Origin: Octopus sinensis
Lineage: Eukaryota
Assembly: GCF_006345805.1 (NCBI RefSeq)
Contig: NW_021832862.1
Coordinates: forward strand, 1-43,795
DNA length: 43,795 nucleotides
Reading direction: 5' to 3'
The notes under the pieces were generated by a model. The model was not told the origin of the DNA and ran no database searches. It saw only the letters and a program-made list of their open reading frames with translations. Positions 10,581 through 23,430 of the stretch are shown here, in pieces. Made by a program: the position numbers and the translations under genes. How positions within the stretch are numbered: the first letter of the stretch is position 1; every line of letters begins with the position of its first letter.

Positions 10581-10990
10581 TTACTTGTTTCACGCATTGA
10601 GCTGTGGCCATGCTGGGACATCGCTTTAAAGGGTTTTGCTTAGTCATGGACAAACTGCGACCCGCAGAAGTTTTTGAATGGCATGCCTAACGGAGAATTA
10701 CCTGGAATGATTTTAGTTGTGTGGCCCGCCAGAGGATGATCCCTGTCTAATGTGGCTCCCTTCTTGAAAAAAAGGGTTTTCCATGCTGATTCGTTCGGTT
10801 TAGCCGAACAAATAGACCTCGCTATTTTTTCTTTTCTCTTTTTGTTTGTTTGTTTGTTAAAATCGCGTATTTATTCTATCGTTCACTTTCTGCTGAACCG
10901 CTACATTACAAGGAAGTAAACAAACCAACACTGGTTTTCAAGCGGTAGGAAGACAACTACAAAGTCATACATATACATACGCCCCCCCCC
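10581..10990 (-). mobile_element. Inverted SINE tail interrupted by a hAT-type MITE
   Basis: TTACTTGTTTCA...GCTGTGGCCATGCTGGG is the reverse-complement tail end. The tail resumes at about 10795 (TTTAGCCGAACAAATAGACC). Confidence 0.75.
10641..10788. mobile_element. Short hAT/Charlie-like non-autonomous element
   Basis: CATGGACAAACTGCGACCCGC...TGGCCCGC...AATGTGGC.CC...GGTTTTCCATGCTG resembles the usual hAT MITE terminal and subterminal pattern. No clear TSD seen. Confidence 0.55.
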
Positions 10991-11029
10991 CACACACACA
11001 GAGGCATATACATACCTATTTCTTTATTA

Positions 11030-11215
11030 ACCACAAGGGGCTAAACATAGAGGGGACAGACAAGGACAGACATAGGTATCAAGTCGATTACATCGACCCC
11101 AGTGCGTAACTGGTACTTAATTTATCGACCTCGAAAGGATGAAAGGTAAAGTCGACCTCGGCGGAATTTGAACTCAGAACGTAACGACAGACGAAATACG
11201 GCTACGCCACGGACT
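11030..11215 (-). mobile_element. Second SINE family (conserved central domain; copies also at ~34260-34380 and 40925-41248)
   Basis: Minus strand GAGTTCAAATTCCGCCGAGGTCGACTTTACCTTTCATCCTTTCGAGGTCGATAAATTAAGTACCAG: B box plus a conserved domain that from memory resembles the Meta-type SINE domain (unverified). Confidence 0.75.
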
Positions 11216-12167
11216 TCTATACAGTTTCCGTCAAATACATCCATTCACAACAAATTGGTTGGCTTCGGAGCTATGATAAAAGATACTTGTCTCAGGCGCC
11301 GCACGGTGGGACTGAACCTAATACTACGTGGCTTCGAAGTGAACATGTGATTTGTGGAATTATAGGAATTAAAGGAATCCATAGACAAAAAGAAAAAAAT
11401 GGTTGGGAAGCATTGTATTAGGCGCAGACGTGGCTGCGTAGGTAAATATCTTGTTTCCAAGCCTGTGGTATTGGGTTCGGTCCGATTGTGTGGGAAGGAC
11501 ATAGGAAGTAGAGATATAAAATGTCTTTAAATGCAGAGAATTGTGATAAGTTTCTGAAGGCGTTGATGTTTCATCTCAGGTCAGAAAGGATTGAGCAGAT
11601 TTATAACTAAAGACGTCCCATCCGTGAACATCCAAACTTATATACATACCTAGGACCATAATATACAAATACAGTTGGAAGGATGTGATGTGATGTAGGC
11701 TGACTGTGATTTGAAGTATGTTTGGCTGTTGTTTCTTGCATGCTGAGCAACCGCATAGAGGCCATTCATTGGCTCGCGTGGAGTAACTTTAATGATGGCA
11801 GCGTATTAAGAAGAAAAATGAAGAAAAAGAAAACGCGGCGACGGCGTTAATGGTAATAGTAGTGGTGGTGATGGTGGTGGTGGTGGTTTTTGCATTAAAC
11901 ATTATTTAAATTTGAAATATGTGACTTCTGAGCTGTTGTGCAGGAAATGGTGTGAGAAAGGGTGCAGTGAAGCGGGCTTTTCTACCATGTAATCATCATA
12001 TATTGATAGGCACACACACAAACACACACACGCATATGCGCGTGTATATGTATATGCGTGTGTATTAGTCTATATGTATGTATTCATTTACGTGCACATG
12101 AATGCGTATATGTGCATGTATATACGAATATATATATGAAAGTATGTGTACATTTTTGCACGTATGC

Positions 12168-12231
<64 letters not shown>

Positions 12232-12328
12232 ACTTGAATGCCTTTATATATAATATATATATACATGGACATAAACTTGCATGTATGCAGGCATATATGC
12301 ATGCATATATACATATATATATATATGT

Positions 12329-12392
<64 letters not shown>

Positions 12393-12652
12393 AAGCGCTA
12401 TGTATGTCTAATGCATATGAATCAAAATTGGTAAATGGCAAATTCCATGATATTAAATCCAGTGAGAAAATATAAATTATCCACATTAATAACAATGAAA
12501 TGGTGACTCAATGAAATATATAAGCACTCTTATGTATGTATGAATGAATGAATGTCGTATGTACGCATATATAAGTACGTATTTATGTATGTATGGTTGA
12601 ATGTAAGAATTTATCTATGTATAATGTATGCACGTAAGTATGTATGTACATA

Positions 12653-12816
12653 GGCGCAGGAGTGACTGTGTGGTAAGTCAGCTTACTTACCAACCACATG
12701 GTTCCCAGCTCAGTCCCACTGCGTGGCACCTTGGGCAAGTGTTTTCTACTATAGCCTCGAGCAGACCAAAGCCTTGTGAGTGACGGAAACTGAAAGAAGC
12801 CCGTCGTATCTATCTG

Positions 12817-12901
<85 letters not shown>

Positions 12902-13147
12902 GCGTGTATATATGTATATGTATATGTGTGTGCGTGTGTGTGTGTGATTGCGCACCCTCCTCCCAACATCGCTTGACAACCGATGCTGGTGTGTTTACGT
13001 CCCTGTAACTTAGCGGTTCGGCAAAAGACCCCGATAGAATAAGTACTAGGCTTACGAAGAATAAATCCTGGGGTCGATTTCCTCGACTAAAGGCGATGCT
13101 CCAGCATGGCCGCAGTCAAATGACTGAAACAAGTGAAAGAGTAAGAG
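12653..13147 (+). mobile_element. tRNA/CORE-type SINE with expanded internal (TATC)n
   Basis: Full head and tail. (TATC)n at about 12810-12900. Confidence 0.92.
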
Positions 13148-13191
13148 TTACTTGTTTCACGCATCGAGCTGTGGCCATGCTGGGACATCTG

Positions 13192-13240
<49 letters not shown>

Positions 13241-13259
13241 ATCTATCTATCTATCTATC

Positions 13260-13470
13260 TATGTGTGTATATATGTTTGTGTCTGTTTTTGTCTCCACGA
13301 CATCGCTTGACAACCGATGCTGGTATGTTTACGTCGCCATAACTTAGTGGTTCAGCAAAATAAACCTATAGATATGTACTAGGCTTACAAAGTCCTGGGG
13401 TCAATTTGCGCGACTAAAGGCGGTGCTCCAGCATGGCCGCAGTCAAATGACAAACAAAAGAATAAAAGAT
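13260..13470 (+). mobile_element. SINE tail module
   Basis: CATCGCTTGACAACCGATGCTGG...GGCGGTGCTCCAGCATGGCCGCAGTCAAATGAC. Confidence 0.85.
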
Positions 13471-13859
13471 TATATGAGTTTGTATGTATGTATGTATGTG
13501 TGTATGAAGTATGCATATATGTATGTAAATAATTATGTATGCATCTATGTAAGTACGCATGTATGTACCCTTCGTATGTATTCATGTATGTGTGTGTGTG
13601 TATGGGTCTAAATGTTTTTCTCTGTGCGTGTGTGCGCATACCTACCTCATTCAGTTTCGTGAATAATCTATGCATACTGTTCTGTTTGTGATGAGGTGTG
13701 CTGGAGGGTGTGTTCGAGACTTACGCTTTTAGCAAACTTAACTACAGGATGAAATCCAGAGACATAATCTGTAACATAGGGGAAAGTACTTCGTGTATGA
13801 CGCCGTGAAACCTTGTAAAACCGAACGACGTCGAAATATATAATAATTTTTTTTATATA

Positions 13860-14044
13860 GGCGCAGGAGTGGCTATGTGGTAATTAGCTTGCTTACCAGC
13901 AACATGGTTCTGGGTTCAGTCCCACTGCGTGGCTCCTTGGGCAAGTGTCTTCTTCTATAGCCTCGGGCCGACCAAAGCCTTGTGAGTGGATTTGGTAGAC
14001 GGAAACTGAAAGAAGCCTATCGTATATATGTATGTATATATATA

Positions 14045-14092
<48 letters not shown>

Positions 14093-14297
14093 GGTGTCTG
14101 TTTGTCCCCCCAACATCGCTTGACAACCGATGGTGGTGTGTTTACGTCCTCATAACGTAGCGGTTCGGCAAAAGAAAACGATAGAATAAGTATTAGGCTT
14201 ACAAAGAATAAGTCCTGGGGTCGATTTGCTCGACTAAAGGCAGTGCTCCAGCATGGCCACAGTCAAATGACTGAAACAAGTCAAAGTGTAAAAGAGA
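13860..14297 (+). mobile_element. Full-length tRNA/CORE-type SINE
   Basis: Same family as 3391-3797, CpGs retained. Confidence 0.92.
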
Positions 14298-14705
14298 TAT
14301 AATGAAACGGAAATAGTACGGAAGCCTGTCGGTACCCGTAATTCAAAAGTGCGACCTCATCACAATGTGTTACGCGTAATCTACTTGAGAATATTATCAA
14401 AAGGTTACAGGCATCTGTGGAGCCGTCATCCACTAGTATGTTCATTCCATGACTTGATGTTTCTTTCGATCAATTAGCTGAACTACCATCTGTCGTCTTC
14501 AGCAGAGAATCCCTCATTCATGTATGATACATCAGTTAACACATGCAATGGGCTGAGCTGGGAGAGCGTTAACAAGCCGGTTAAAGTGTTTAGTGACATT
14601 TCGTCCGTCTTTATGTTTTCAGTTCAAATTCTGTCAAGATCGACTTTGTCTTTCCTCTTTTCGGTGATGATAAAACAAGTAACAACGAACAAATACACAC
14701 AACAC

Positions 14706-14745
<40 letters not shown>

Positions 14746-14775
14746 CTATATATATATACACACATATATATATAT

Positions 14776-14828
<53 letters not shown>

Positions 14829-14829
14829 A

Positions 14830-14990
14830 GGGGCTTCTTTTGTTTCCGTCAACCAAATCCACTCACAAGGCTTTGGTCGGCCCGGGGTTAGAGTAGAAGA
14901 CCTTGCCCAAGGGTGCGAACGCAGTGGGACTGAACCCGGAAACCATGTAGTCGGGAAGCAAACTACTTATCACACAGTCACGTTTGCGCC
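14830..14990 (-). mobile_element. SINE head
   Basis: Reverse complement of the family head. Confidence 0.85.
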
Positions 14991-15032
14991 TTATATATAT
15001 ATATATATATATATTATAATATATAATATTAT

Positions 15033-15128
15033 GGTAACGAGGATGTCAGGTATTAACGTATTACGGCTGTTTCAAGCGGCCGGGGCTAACTCCGAGCTGC
15101 GCGGGCGATACCGAACCGGCATGTTACC
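15033..15128 (+). other. GC-rich fold-back island of unknown class
   Basis: Nested stems GGTAAC/GTTACC, ATGTC/GGCAT, GGTAT/ATACC, GCGGC/GCTGC and CGGGG-CTAA-CTCCG, embedded between (TA)n tracts. Confidence 0.5.
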
Positions 15129-15164
15129 TAAATTGAAGTGCCTAATGGATCTAAATCAATTTAT

Positions 15165-15242
<78 letters not shown>

Positions 15243-15246
<4 letters not shown>

Positions 15247-18200
15247 CATCGAGACTACTAACACACAGTAACAGGAACAAAAGTCCCGTTCTTGAGAGAC
15301 TTTGTTGCATGCAATCAAGCCTTTGCATAGCACTTACGGAAACACACCTGAAACCGGACATAGCGGATGCGGAAGTACACATACCACAGTATGTTGTACT
15401 ACGGACCGACAGAAAAGAAAGGAGTCATGGAGGAGTTGCTAGACATCCGTGAGGACCCTCACACCCCAGGTCCTTTTGTCATACTCAAACTCGTGTGTGA
15501 CACACTAATTGTACATGTAAGGCAACTTGTGTAGGTGTGTGTGCTACATATCGCCCTCCAGATGCCCGAGCCATATGGGCAAGTTGAAGACTGCCTTATA
15601 AAAAATAGAAGAAGTTCTAGTCACACTAAAACAGCACATAAGTGTACTTCTCATGGGAGACTTCAAACCTGCCCAATGTCAGATGGCCCGAGGGCCTTTC
15701 TCTCCCAGGAATGAACACGATGTGAACGGGGACAGGCGAAGTCCCTTCTGAACCTCATCAACACCCTGTACATGGAGGCAAGTAAACTCCAACCAACCAG
15801 GGCAGGTAAACACTGGATCTCTGCTCACAAATAATATGGATCTCATCCATAATGTGAAAGTGACACCGACACTACTCTCGGATCACAACATGGCAGAGCT
15901 GACCATGTACGGGCCAAAGGAAAGCATGGACATGCAGCCTACAAGAAACTCTCAAAATCTTTCCAGCTTGAACTTCAATAAGGCAAACTGGAAACAAATT
16001 GAGAAAGAGATCCTCAAACAAAACTGGCCTGAATGTCTCTCCTCGCCGGACATCGACATGAAACATCAACAATTCATGTCTGTAATGCAAGCCATATGCT
16101 ACAAATGTGTCCCAGAGAGAAAGGCCACTATACACAAGAACAAAAATCCCCAGAGAGAGGAAAATTCTAATGAGACGGCGCACAAAAAAATCTCAAATCG
16201 CCTAAACAACAAATTGAAAGGAGTGAAAAGTCCCGCCTGAAATGAAAACTGTTGGAAATTAAAAATGTCTGCAACTCTCCCATATGAAAAGGAAAGAGCA
16301 GACAAAGAAGCCTGGCCTAGACAAACATAAAATCTAACCCAGAGCTTTCTACAGGTATGCCAAAGAAACAGCTACGGTGCACTGTAGGATAGGGCCACTC
16401 CTTGAAAGGGATGGCACACTCACAGGAAATCCAATGAGGGTAAGTGAAATACTAAATGAGCAATTCAAGAGTGTTTTCACCCCACCCCTTGGGCATTCCA
16501 AATCAGCAATCCAACTGACTTCTTCACCACTGCAGATATGGGGTCAGAGGCGGCGATGATTGATTACATCAATATAAAGGAAGACGATGTAATAAAGGCT
16601 ATAAGATGAAATGGAAACAGACTCAGCAACTGGCCCCGATGGATTCCCAGCAATCCTTCTAAAAGTATGTAAGAGGGTCTAGCAAGGCCACTGCGGTCTC
16701 TCTTTCAGAGCTTCCTTGCAACTGGCAAACTTCCAAGTAAACTGAAGGAAGGTAAAATATGCCCTATTCATAAGGAGGGTAGCAGAGCGGGCCAAGAACT
16801 ACAGACCTATCTCCCTAACCTCACACATCAGCCAGCAAGGTCCATAACGAACGATAGTCAGAAGGAAACTAATCACCTTCCTTGAAGAAAAAATGACTTG
16901 CTGCCTGACACCCAACATGGTTTCCAACCAGGAAGAAGCTGCTTAACTCAGCTCCTACAACACTATGACTGGGGTGCTGAAACAACTGCTCAACCACTCA
17001 AATGTGGAAGTCATATATCTCGACTTTGCAAAGGCCTTTGATAAAGTCGATCATGGAATGATATGTCACAAACTGCGTGATCTTGGCGTAGTTGGAAATT
17101 GGGGAGAATGGCTTCATGACTTTCTGAAGATAGAAGTCAGTGGTGGTAACAGCCAATGGGGCCACTTCCATTAACACGCAAATAGTGAGCGGTGTTCCGC
17201 AGGGCACTGTTTTGGGACCATACTGTTCATAATGGCCCTCTCAGACATGCCCTCAGCCACGCAGAGAGCCACGATCACAAGTTATGCAGATGATACAAAA
17301 GTCTCACAGGCAATACAGAACCCTGAAGACACTAAGCACTGCAATGTGAGCTGGACGAAATATACAAGTGGGCTGAAAGAATAGCATGCAGTTCAATGCT
17401 GAAAAGTTTCAAGCTTTATACTATCAGCATGCAAAACTGAATGCAATACCCAATGAATACACTGGACCCGGAGGATTGCAATCCCAGAGGCACAATCAGT
17501 GCGTGACTTGGGTATTCAATGAGTGATGACGCGACTTTCATGTACATGTTGCTAAACTGGCAATGAAATGTAGACGCTGGCTGGATGGATTCTTAGAACC
17601 TTAGAACAAGAGAACAGAAACCATGATGGTCCTCTGGAAGACACTTGTCCTAGCCACTTTGACCATTGCTCTCAGCTATGGTCACCATCCAGTGTCAAGT
17701 TGATCACAGAACTTGAGGCGATCCACGAAGCTACAGAGAAGATAGCCTCTGTGCAGCATATGAGCTACTGGGAAAGACTCAAGAGATTAAAGCTCTATTC
17801 CCTGGAGCGTAGGCGAGAAAGATATGCCATAATATATATCGGAAGATCCTGGAAGGACTTGTCCCAAACTTGGCATCGAGAGTCACACAAAGCCAGAACC
17901 GGGCGCCACTGCATAGTAACAAGGACTCCAAATTTGCCATCAAGATGTAGGACAAGATATTGTGATAGCCTGGGCTTCAGAGGCCCACAGCTCTTCAATA
18001 TCCTCCCGAAGAACCTGAGGGACCTGCATGGTGTAGATGCGGATGTCTTTAAAGTAGGACTGGATCGCTTCCTGTCAGGTGTCCCGGATGAACCAACTTC
18101 TCGGCAGGAGGTGCAGATGAGGGCAGCTGCATCGAACTCTCTCATGCATCAGATGGTGTTTGCTAAAAAGCATCCGTGAGGTAAAATCGTGTAGCAAACC

Positions 18201-18265
18201 AAATGGCGGTGCCCCAGCATGGCCACAGCTCATTAGCTGAAACTGGAAAAATCAAAATCAAAATC
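15243..18265 (+). mobile_element. CR1-group LINE ORF2 (APE endonuclease + RT), 5' truncated, frameshifted as assembled
   Basis: LTETHL, RTDR..SHGGVA, MGDF, LDL..TNN, SDHN (APE); GPDGFP, NYRPISLTS, QHGF..GRSCLTQLL, YLDFAKAFDKVDH, SGVPQGTVLGP, YADDTK (RT); LYSLERRRERY. 3' hairpin and (AAAATC)n tail at 18247-18265. Confidence 0.93.
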
Positions 18266-18506
18266 ATAGTATAAACTGTTGTTTTAATTGTAATTTAAAT
18301 CAAGCACAGTCCTCAGTCAAACCGTCAAACCCATACCAGCATGAAAAGCGGACAGTAAACGGTGATGATGATGACGATCACCCAGTAACCTATCAAATCC
18401 ATTTAAACATTTCTCAATACATCATAGATGGTAGCATAAAATGCGGGAGGGAAGTCATAGCAGAAGCATGTAAATGTGTAATTGGACTTGATAGGTTACT
18501 GGATGA

Positions 18507-19335
18507 TCATCATCGTTTAATGTCTGCTTTTCATACTGATACGGGTTGGACAGTTTTACTGAGGACTGGCAAGCCAGGTGGCTGCACCAGGCTCCAATCT
18601 GATTTGGCAAGGTTTCTACAGCTGGATGCCCTTCCTAATACCAACCACTCTGAGAGTGTAGTGGGTACTTTTTAAACACGCAAAACGTACTAGACAAGAG
18701 TGAAGAGAGCAGCAGCAGGTTGGTCTTACTGATAAACGCTTTCTGCCTTATACCTTTCACTGTGTGACATGCATAAGACTATGTGGAAGGTCTTAAATCT
18801 AAGAATTGAATGGTGCTTTTTATGTGCCACTGGCATGGCAGCCAGATAGGCAGCACTGACATCAACCCCACTTGAATGGTGCTTTTTATGTGCCACCAGC
18901 ATCAGCTACAACTACAATTTTGCTTGACTCAACAGGTCCTTTCAAGCACAGCATATTGCTTGATGATTGAAGGGTGCTTTTAAATGGGCCGGTTATGCGA
19001 CACTGGCATCTCACCTGACTTGCTGGGTCTTTGCAATCACACATATCTCCAAAGGTCTCAGTCACTTGTTGTTGACTCTATAAAGCCAAATGTTTGAAGG
19101 TCATGCTTCACCACCTCACTCCATATCTTCCTGAGTCAACCTCTTGCACAGATTCCTTCCAGTGTTAGGGTGTGACACTTCTTCATACAGCTGTTCTCTA
19201 GAGAAATCACATTATTGTTGGTGATACAGCATTCTATGACATGTGCTTGTGACTAAGTGACATGTGATGACGATTCACTCCTGAACTGAAATAGGCTCCC
19301 AGCCTCTGTATCATGAATGGTTATGTGGACCACTC
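18507..19335 (-). mobile_element. RTE-clade LINE 3' fragment, decayed
   Basis: Minus strand MKKCHTLTLEGICAR...RKIWSEVVKHDL, then a 3' UTR ending CAACCCGTATCAGTATGAAAAGCAGACATTAAACGATGATGA. An isolated plus-strand tail also lies at about 18320-18375. Confidence 0.8.
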
Positions 19336-19521
19336 CTAACAAAAGCCAGAGCTTCTTTCAACCACAACATAAAAAGTACCAAGAAAAAAATGTTATTTAG
19401 ATATACTTTTATTTTAGTTGTTTACACTATTTTATGCTTGTTTATACTCTTATACATTCAAAGTTCACAAATCTTCTTATTTAAATCATGAATCATATTC
19501 CTTTCGATAATATCAATATGA

Positions 19522-19622
19522 TTACAAAACTTCTTTGTAGACAATATTTTCTGTTTGGTCGACACTAATTTTCAAATTATGTCTGGATGTTCTGGTACCA
19601 TGGGTTATTTTGATTGACACAA
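19522..19622 (-). CDS. Candidate terminal coding exon of the UNC-93-like gene
   Basis: Acceptor ctgttgtttacatctcag. Phase matches the phase-1 donor at 20076. Encodes (V)VSIKITHGTRTSRHNLKISVDQTENIVYKEVL*. AATAAA at 19413-19408. No homology support. Confidence 0.3.
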
Positions 19623-19734
19623 CTGAGATGTAAACAACAGTTGCTTTGATTAACCATTTCGAATCCTGCTTGAGACTGACACACTTCAATAACCACTAAA
19701 TGATCACATACACTTTTTCCATTTTGTTTTTGCT

Positions 19735-20031
19735 ATTAACCATCCTCACCACCCACTTCATATCTACGATGGGACCACAAACTATACGATGAAAATCCAA
19801 AGTTACTCGGGATCGGTGAATTTTTAATAAAAATGTAATGGTGGCTTATCAATTCAAAAATCAGTATCCATTATATGATCATACTTTCTGATTTTTTAAT
19901 GCTAAAATCCCTCCTGATGGCCGTCTTTGTAATCCCGAAAAATATCGTAACCATTGGTCCAGCCATCTGGCCATGAAGAGGGAACAAACAAAGAGATGGA
20001 CAAACGGACATAAAGCCCATTATAGTAAGAT
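19735..20031 (+). mobile_element. Possible Helitron/Helentron-associated non-autonomous element
   Basis: Locally CpG-rich, ending GGACAAACGGACATAAAGCCCATTATAGTAAGAT, similar in style to HINE/DINE-like 3' ends. Family not confirmed. Confidence 0.35.
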
Positions 20032-20076
20032 GAAAATAATTTCATATTTGGTAATAATTTAAGACAAAATGCTTAC

Positions 20077-20212
20077 CAGCAATTCCAGTTAATATTCGAC
20101 CTCCAACTTTTTGAATTCGGCTACTGATTGTGTCTGCAAAAAAACTGCCCAGTCCAAATGTCACCATCAAGAATCCTAAATAAGGAACTCCTAGACTACA
20201 TATGCTGGTTAT
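20077..20212 (-). CDS. UNC93: Internal coding exon of UNC-93-like protein
   Basis: Acceptor tttttgattttcag at 20213 and donor G|GTAAGC at 20076, 136 nt. ITSICSLGVPYLGFLMVTFGLGSFFADTISSRIQKVGGRILTGIA continues in frame from ...GELTK and matches the UNC-93 pattern xxxxCxLG..xG..M..F...GR. Confidence 0.85.
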
Positions 20213-20399
20213 CTGAAAATCAAAAAGGTTCATTAAAATCTCTTATATCTCAACAACTAAGTACTCATGTTAAATACTCATCAAATACTGTACGACCACT
20301 AATTTAAAGATTGTAAGTTGAAAATGATGGTACTGTATTGAGTCATAATGCAAGACATACTTATTACTTCACTTTCTAAAGTAAATTATGATCCCTTAA

Positions 20400-20604
20400 C
20401 CTCTTGGCATTTAAAATGGTCATATCCAGCCCAAATATTCTACCTGTCTTTATGTTCAAACCAGCCAGGTCTGGCCTCTCATACCTTCCCTACAATGTCA
20501 TTCTTATAATAAATAATCACATTATCAAAATCTTAAAGCTACAGCATAATCCATGATTAATCAAAACAATGCATATAAATAAAAGTAATCTCAATGTTAA
20601 AGAG
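20400..20604 (-). mobile_element. piggyBac-type MITE (copy 1)
   Basis: TTAA at 20396-20399 and 20605-20608. Ends CCTCTTGGCATT / AATGTTAAAGAG. Reverse orientation to copies 2 and 3. Confidence 0.75.
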
Positions 20605-23109
20605 TTAAGGAAGTTATGCAGTTGTGAAAACATCAAATTCATCCATGCAAAACAATTTGCAAACTAATCCAACCAGTATTTGCATGGAAGTGAAAAATAA
20701 TACTATTAAACAAAAATATTACAAGAAATACATATTGCAATAATTTTTTTAAATTGTTCTTGTTTATGAAACCTGACTAAGCAGGCATATGAATAAGTGT
20801 GTTTAAGCCATGACAATTTCGTCTTTTTGTGTACCAGGGAAGAAATTACCTAATGTGTCCTTCCTTGTCAAATGTATGATTTGAAGGAAATTTGACTGCT
20901 ATTCCTTGTAGATTGAATGGGCATACAGAGGCTCACTTTTTGGTCTGTAATATTTTTATTATAACTTAATCAAATTTTTAATTAAATTTAAACGGTGTCT
21001 TTTTCATATATACTCAAAAGAATTAAACAAAAAACAAAAGATCCATAATTTATATTATTACATTATTTCTTCTTCTTCTTAATTGAATGTCTCTACAACA
21101 TTAGCCATCATATTCTTTTCTTGATCATTTCCTACTTTATCATGAACTAACATTCTACTCTAATCAATACTTTTGCATTTGTTAACACCTTATTTCTGGA
21201 TTTGGTGATACCCTCACATTTGTCATTACAATCTATTTATGTTACAATTCAAGCAATTAATCATAACACATTCATTTGTTCAGAGACTGCTTTTCTATTA
21301 GATGAAGGATACCTAAGTCATGAATAATGGTTTACTTTAGATTTGCCATCAACTACTAATAATAATATGTCATTATTGCAAAATATCTTAAGCATTAGCA
21401 CTTTAATTAGTTGGAATAGTAGTACTTGGAATAGTAGTACTGAATATCCCTGGTCAGTTCTAGCTGAATAGAGACAAGCCATACCAAAGAAAGCAGGTGA
21501 AAATTTGGATTCACAAAATCTAATTATGGCTTAGTATTGACTACTAATTCCAAAATGTTCCAGATACTTAATTACCATAGAGTGAAGAAAACATAGGTTT
21601 GATCAAGTTGAGATTCAATTAATAATTGTAATCCTCTTTGAAATTAATTCATTGTTCATGCAATCTAATCTGGAACTCTGTAAAATGAACCAACAATTCA
21701 CTTTAACCAATGCTGTATTTGTTGCAAACCTATTTGTTGTTTTCCTAGTCACCATCACTCTAAGTGACATAGATACAATGTTTTGAGGTTGGAGGCCTGA
21801 AACATTTTTATTTCTGAGAAAATTTAGCCATTATATAAGGCCTAAAAGGTATATTTTGCAACACAATTCTTATTTCTATTTTCATCTCATCAGAAAATAG
21901 CAATTATTTCTAATTCTTTAAATGCAAAAAAGATAAAATGTCAATTATTGTTTATTTTATTTCTCAGAGATTACATTATGGCTAGATTGTTATAGAAATA
22001 CGAAATGATTCACTTTGAGTAAAGCCGTTTAATTATCAAGACTGGAAAGTTGCTTTGTTAAAACTTCTTAGCATTGAAACCAGCACTGAAGATCAATTCA
22101 TAGATTTAAATATAGCAAATATTGATTGCATTTGCTTGAAGAAGCAGAAATTAATAATTTGAATTCTTTTAGTAGACAGTAGTTCAATAGGTCTGGGTTG
22201 ATTACTGATTCATAGGCTATTGGCTAATTGTAGGTGGCTCTTTGCCAATCCATGTTCAGCTATGCCAGGATAACTCAATAAAAAGTTACAGCTATTTTTG
22301 CTTACATGCCAGATATTCAGTGTGTCTGTCTGTTATGTTCTTTTTAGTAATTCATCTTCCTGGCAAGATTATCTTATGATTATTATCCACTTCTTCTAAT
22401 TATCTGTTTGTAAATGATTGACTTTTTTTTTTATTAATTAGTTAGATGAGGGACATTGCCCATGATTTTGCAATTTTTTTTTATTTTATTTTATTTTTTC
22501 TTGGCTTGATGAGATTGATACAATTGATGTTCAGTTTGGAACATATGTAAGTCAACATCTATGGGAAAAAATAAGTGGGTGGAAATCTAAAAGGTTACGG
22601 TTCTGGAAAAGAATGATTGGTAGACGTGTTTAATGTAAGTTTTTAGCTCAAAGAAAATAGAGTTTGGGTTAGTGCATGTTCTGCATTCAATGACATTAAG
22701 CCAATGAAGAAAGACAATCCAACCATGAGCAACTTGTTTTTTTAGGGATATGCAGGACAATGTTATCCAATGTGTCCTTTTCCAAGATGGCTGAGAGTGA
22801 TTTAAAGTGAAAGAAGATAATAGACAATATTTTACCAGATGATTTGGGACCTATTCTGAGCAGCTAGATTAATTAAGGCATATAGAATGAACTATCCTTC
22901 TCAGAGGCACAATAAAACTCATTCAGTAAGAATAATCACATGAGAACAATAAGCCAATGAGGGAGTCTTTACGTGATTATCAATCTGATAAAAATAGCAA
23001 CCAAATCACTCAAATAACACCCTAGCACTGCATCTTGGAAAAAGGACAAATTGGATAATATAGTTTTTTTCAACCCAAAAGATAAGATAATTGTGATTGG
23101 TAAAGGCTA

Positions 23110-23430
23110 AAGACCCACTTTCGGTCATGAATGACCATGAGATTGCACCTAGAGAATTCTCCTCTGAGGCACAAGCCCAAGCAAAGTTGTTTATGGAAGA
23201 CCAGCAGTCACCCATGCATACCAGCCTCCCCTCTCCATGCTACCAGTGTTATCCAATGGAAAGGCAAAGGCTCATACAGCTTGGCACCAGTGATGTTGCA
23301 ACTCATTTCTATAGCTAAGTGAACTGGAGCAATGTAAAATAAAGTGTCTTGTTCAAGAACACACAGCCCGGGCCGAGAATCGAGCTCACCACCACATGAT
23401 TGTGAGCCTGATACTCTAACCACTGAGCTA
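23110..23430 (-). mobile_element. tRNA/CORE-type SINE, third family
   Basis: Minus strand AGCTCAGTGGTTAGAG...GAGCTCGATTCTC...GTGTTCTTGAACAAGACACTT (A box, B box, CORE-like). Confidence 0.8.
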
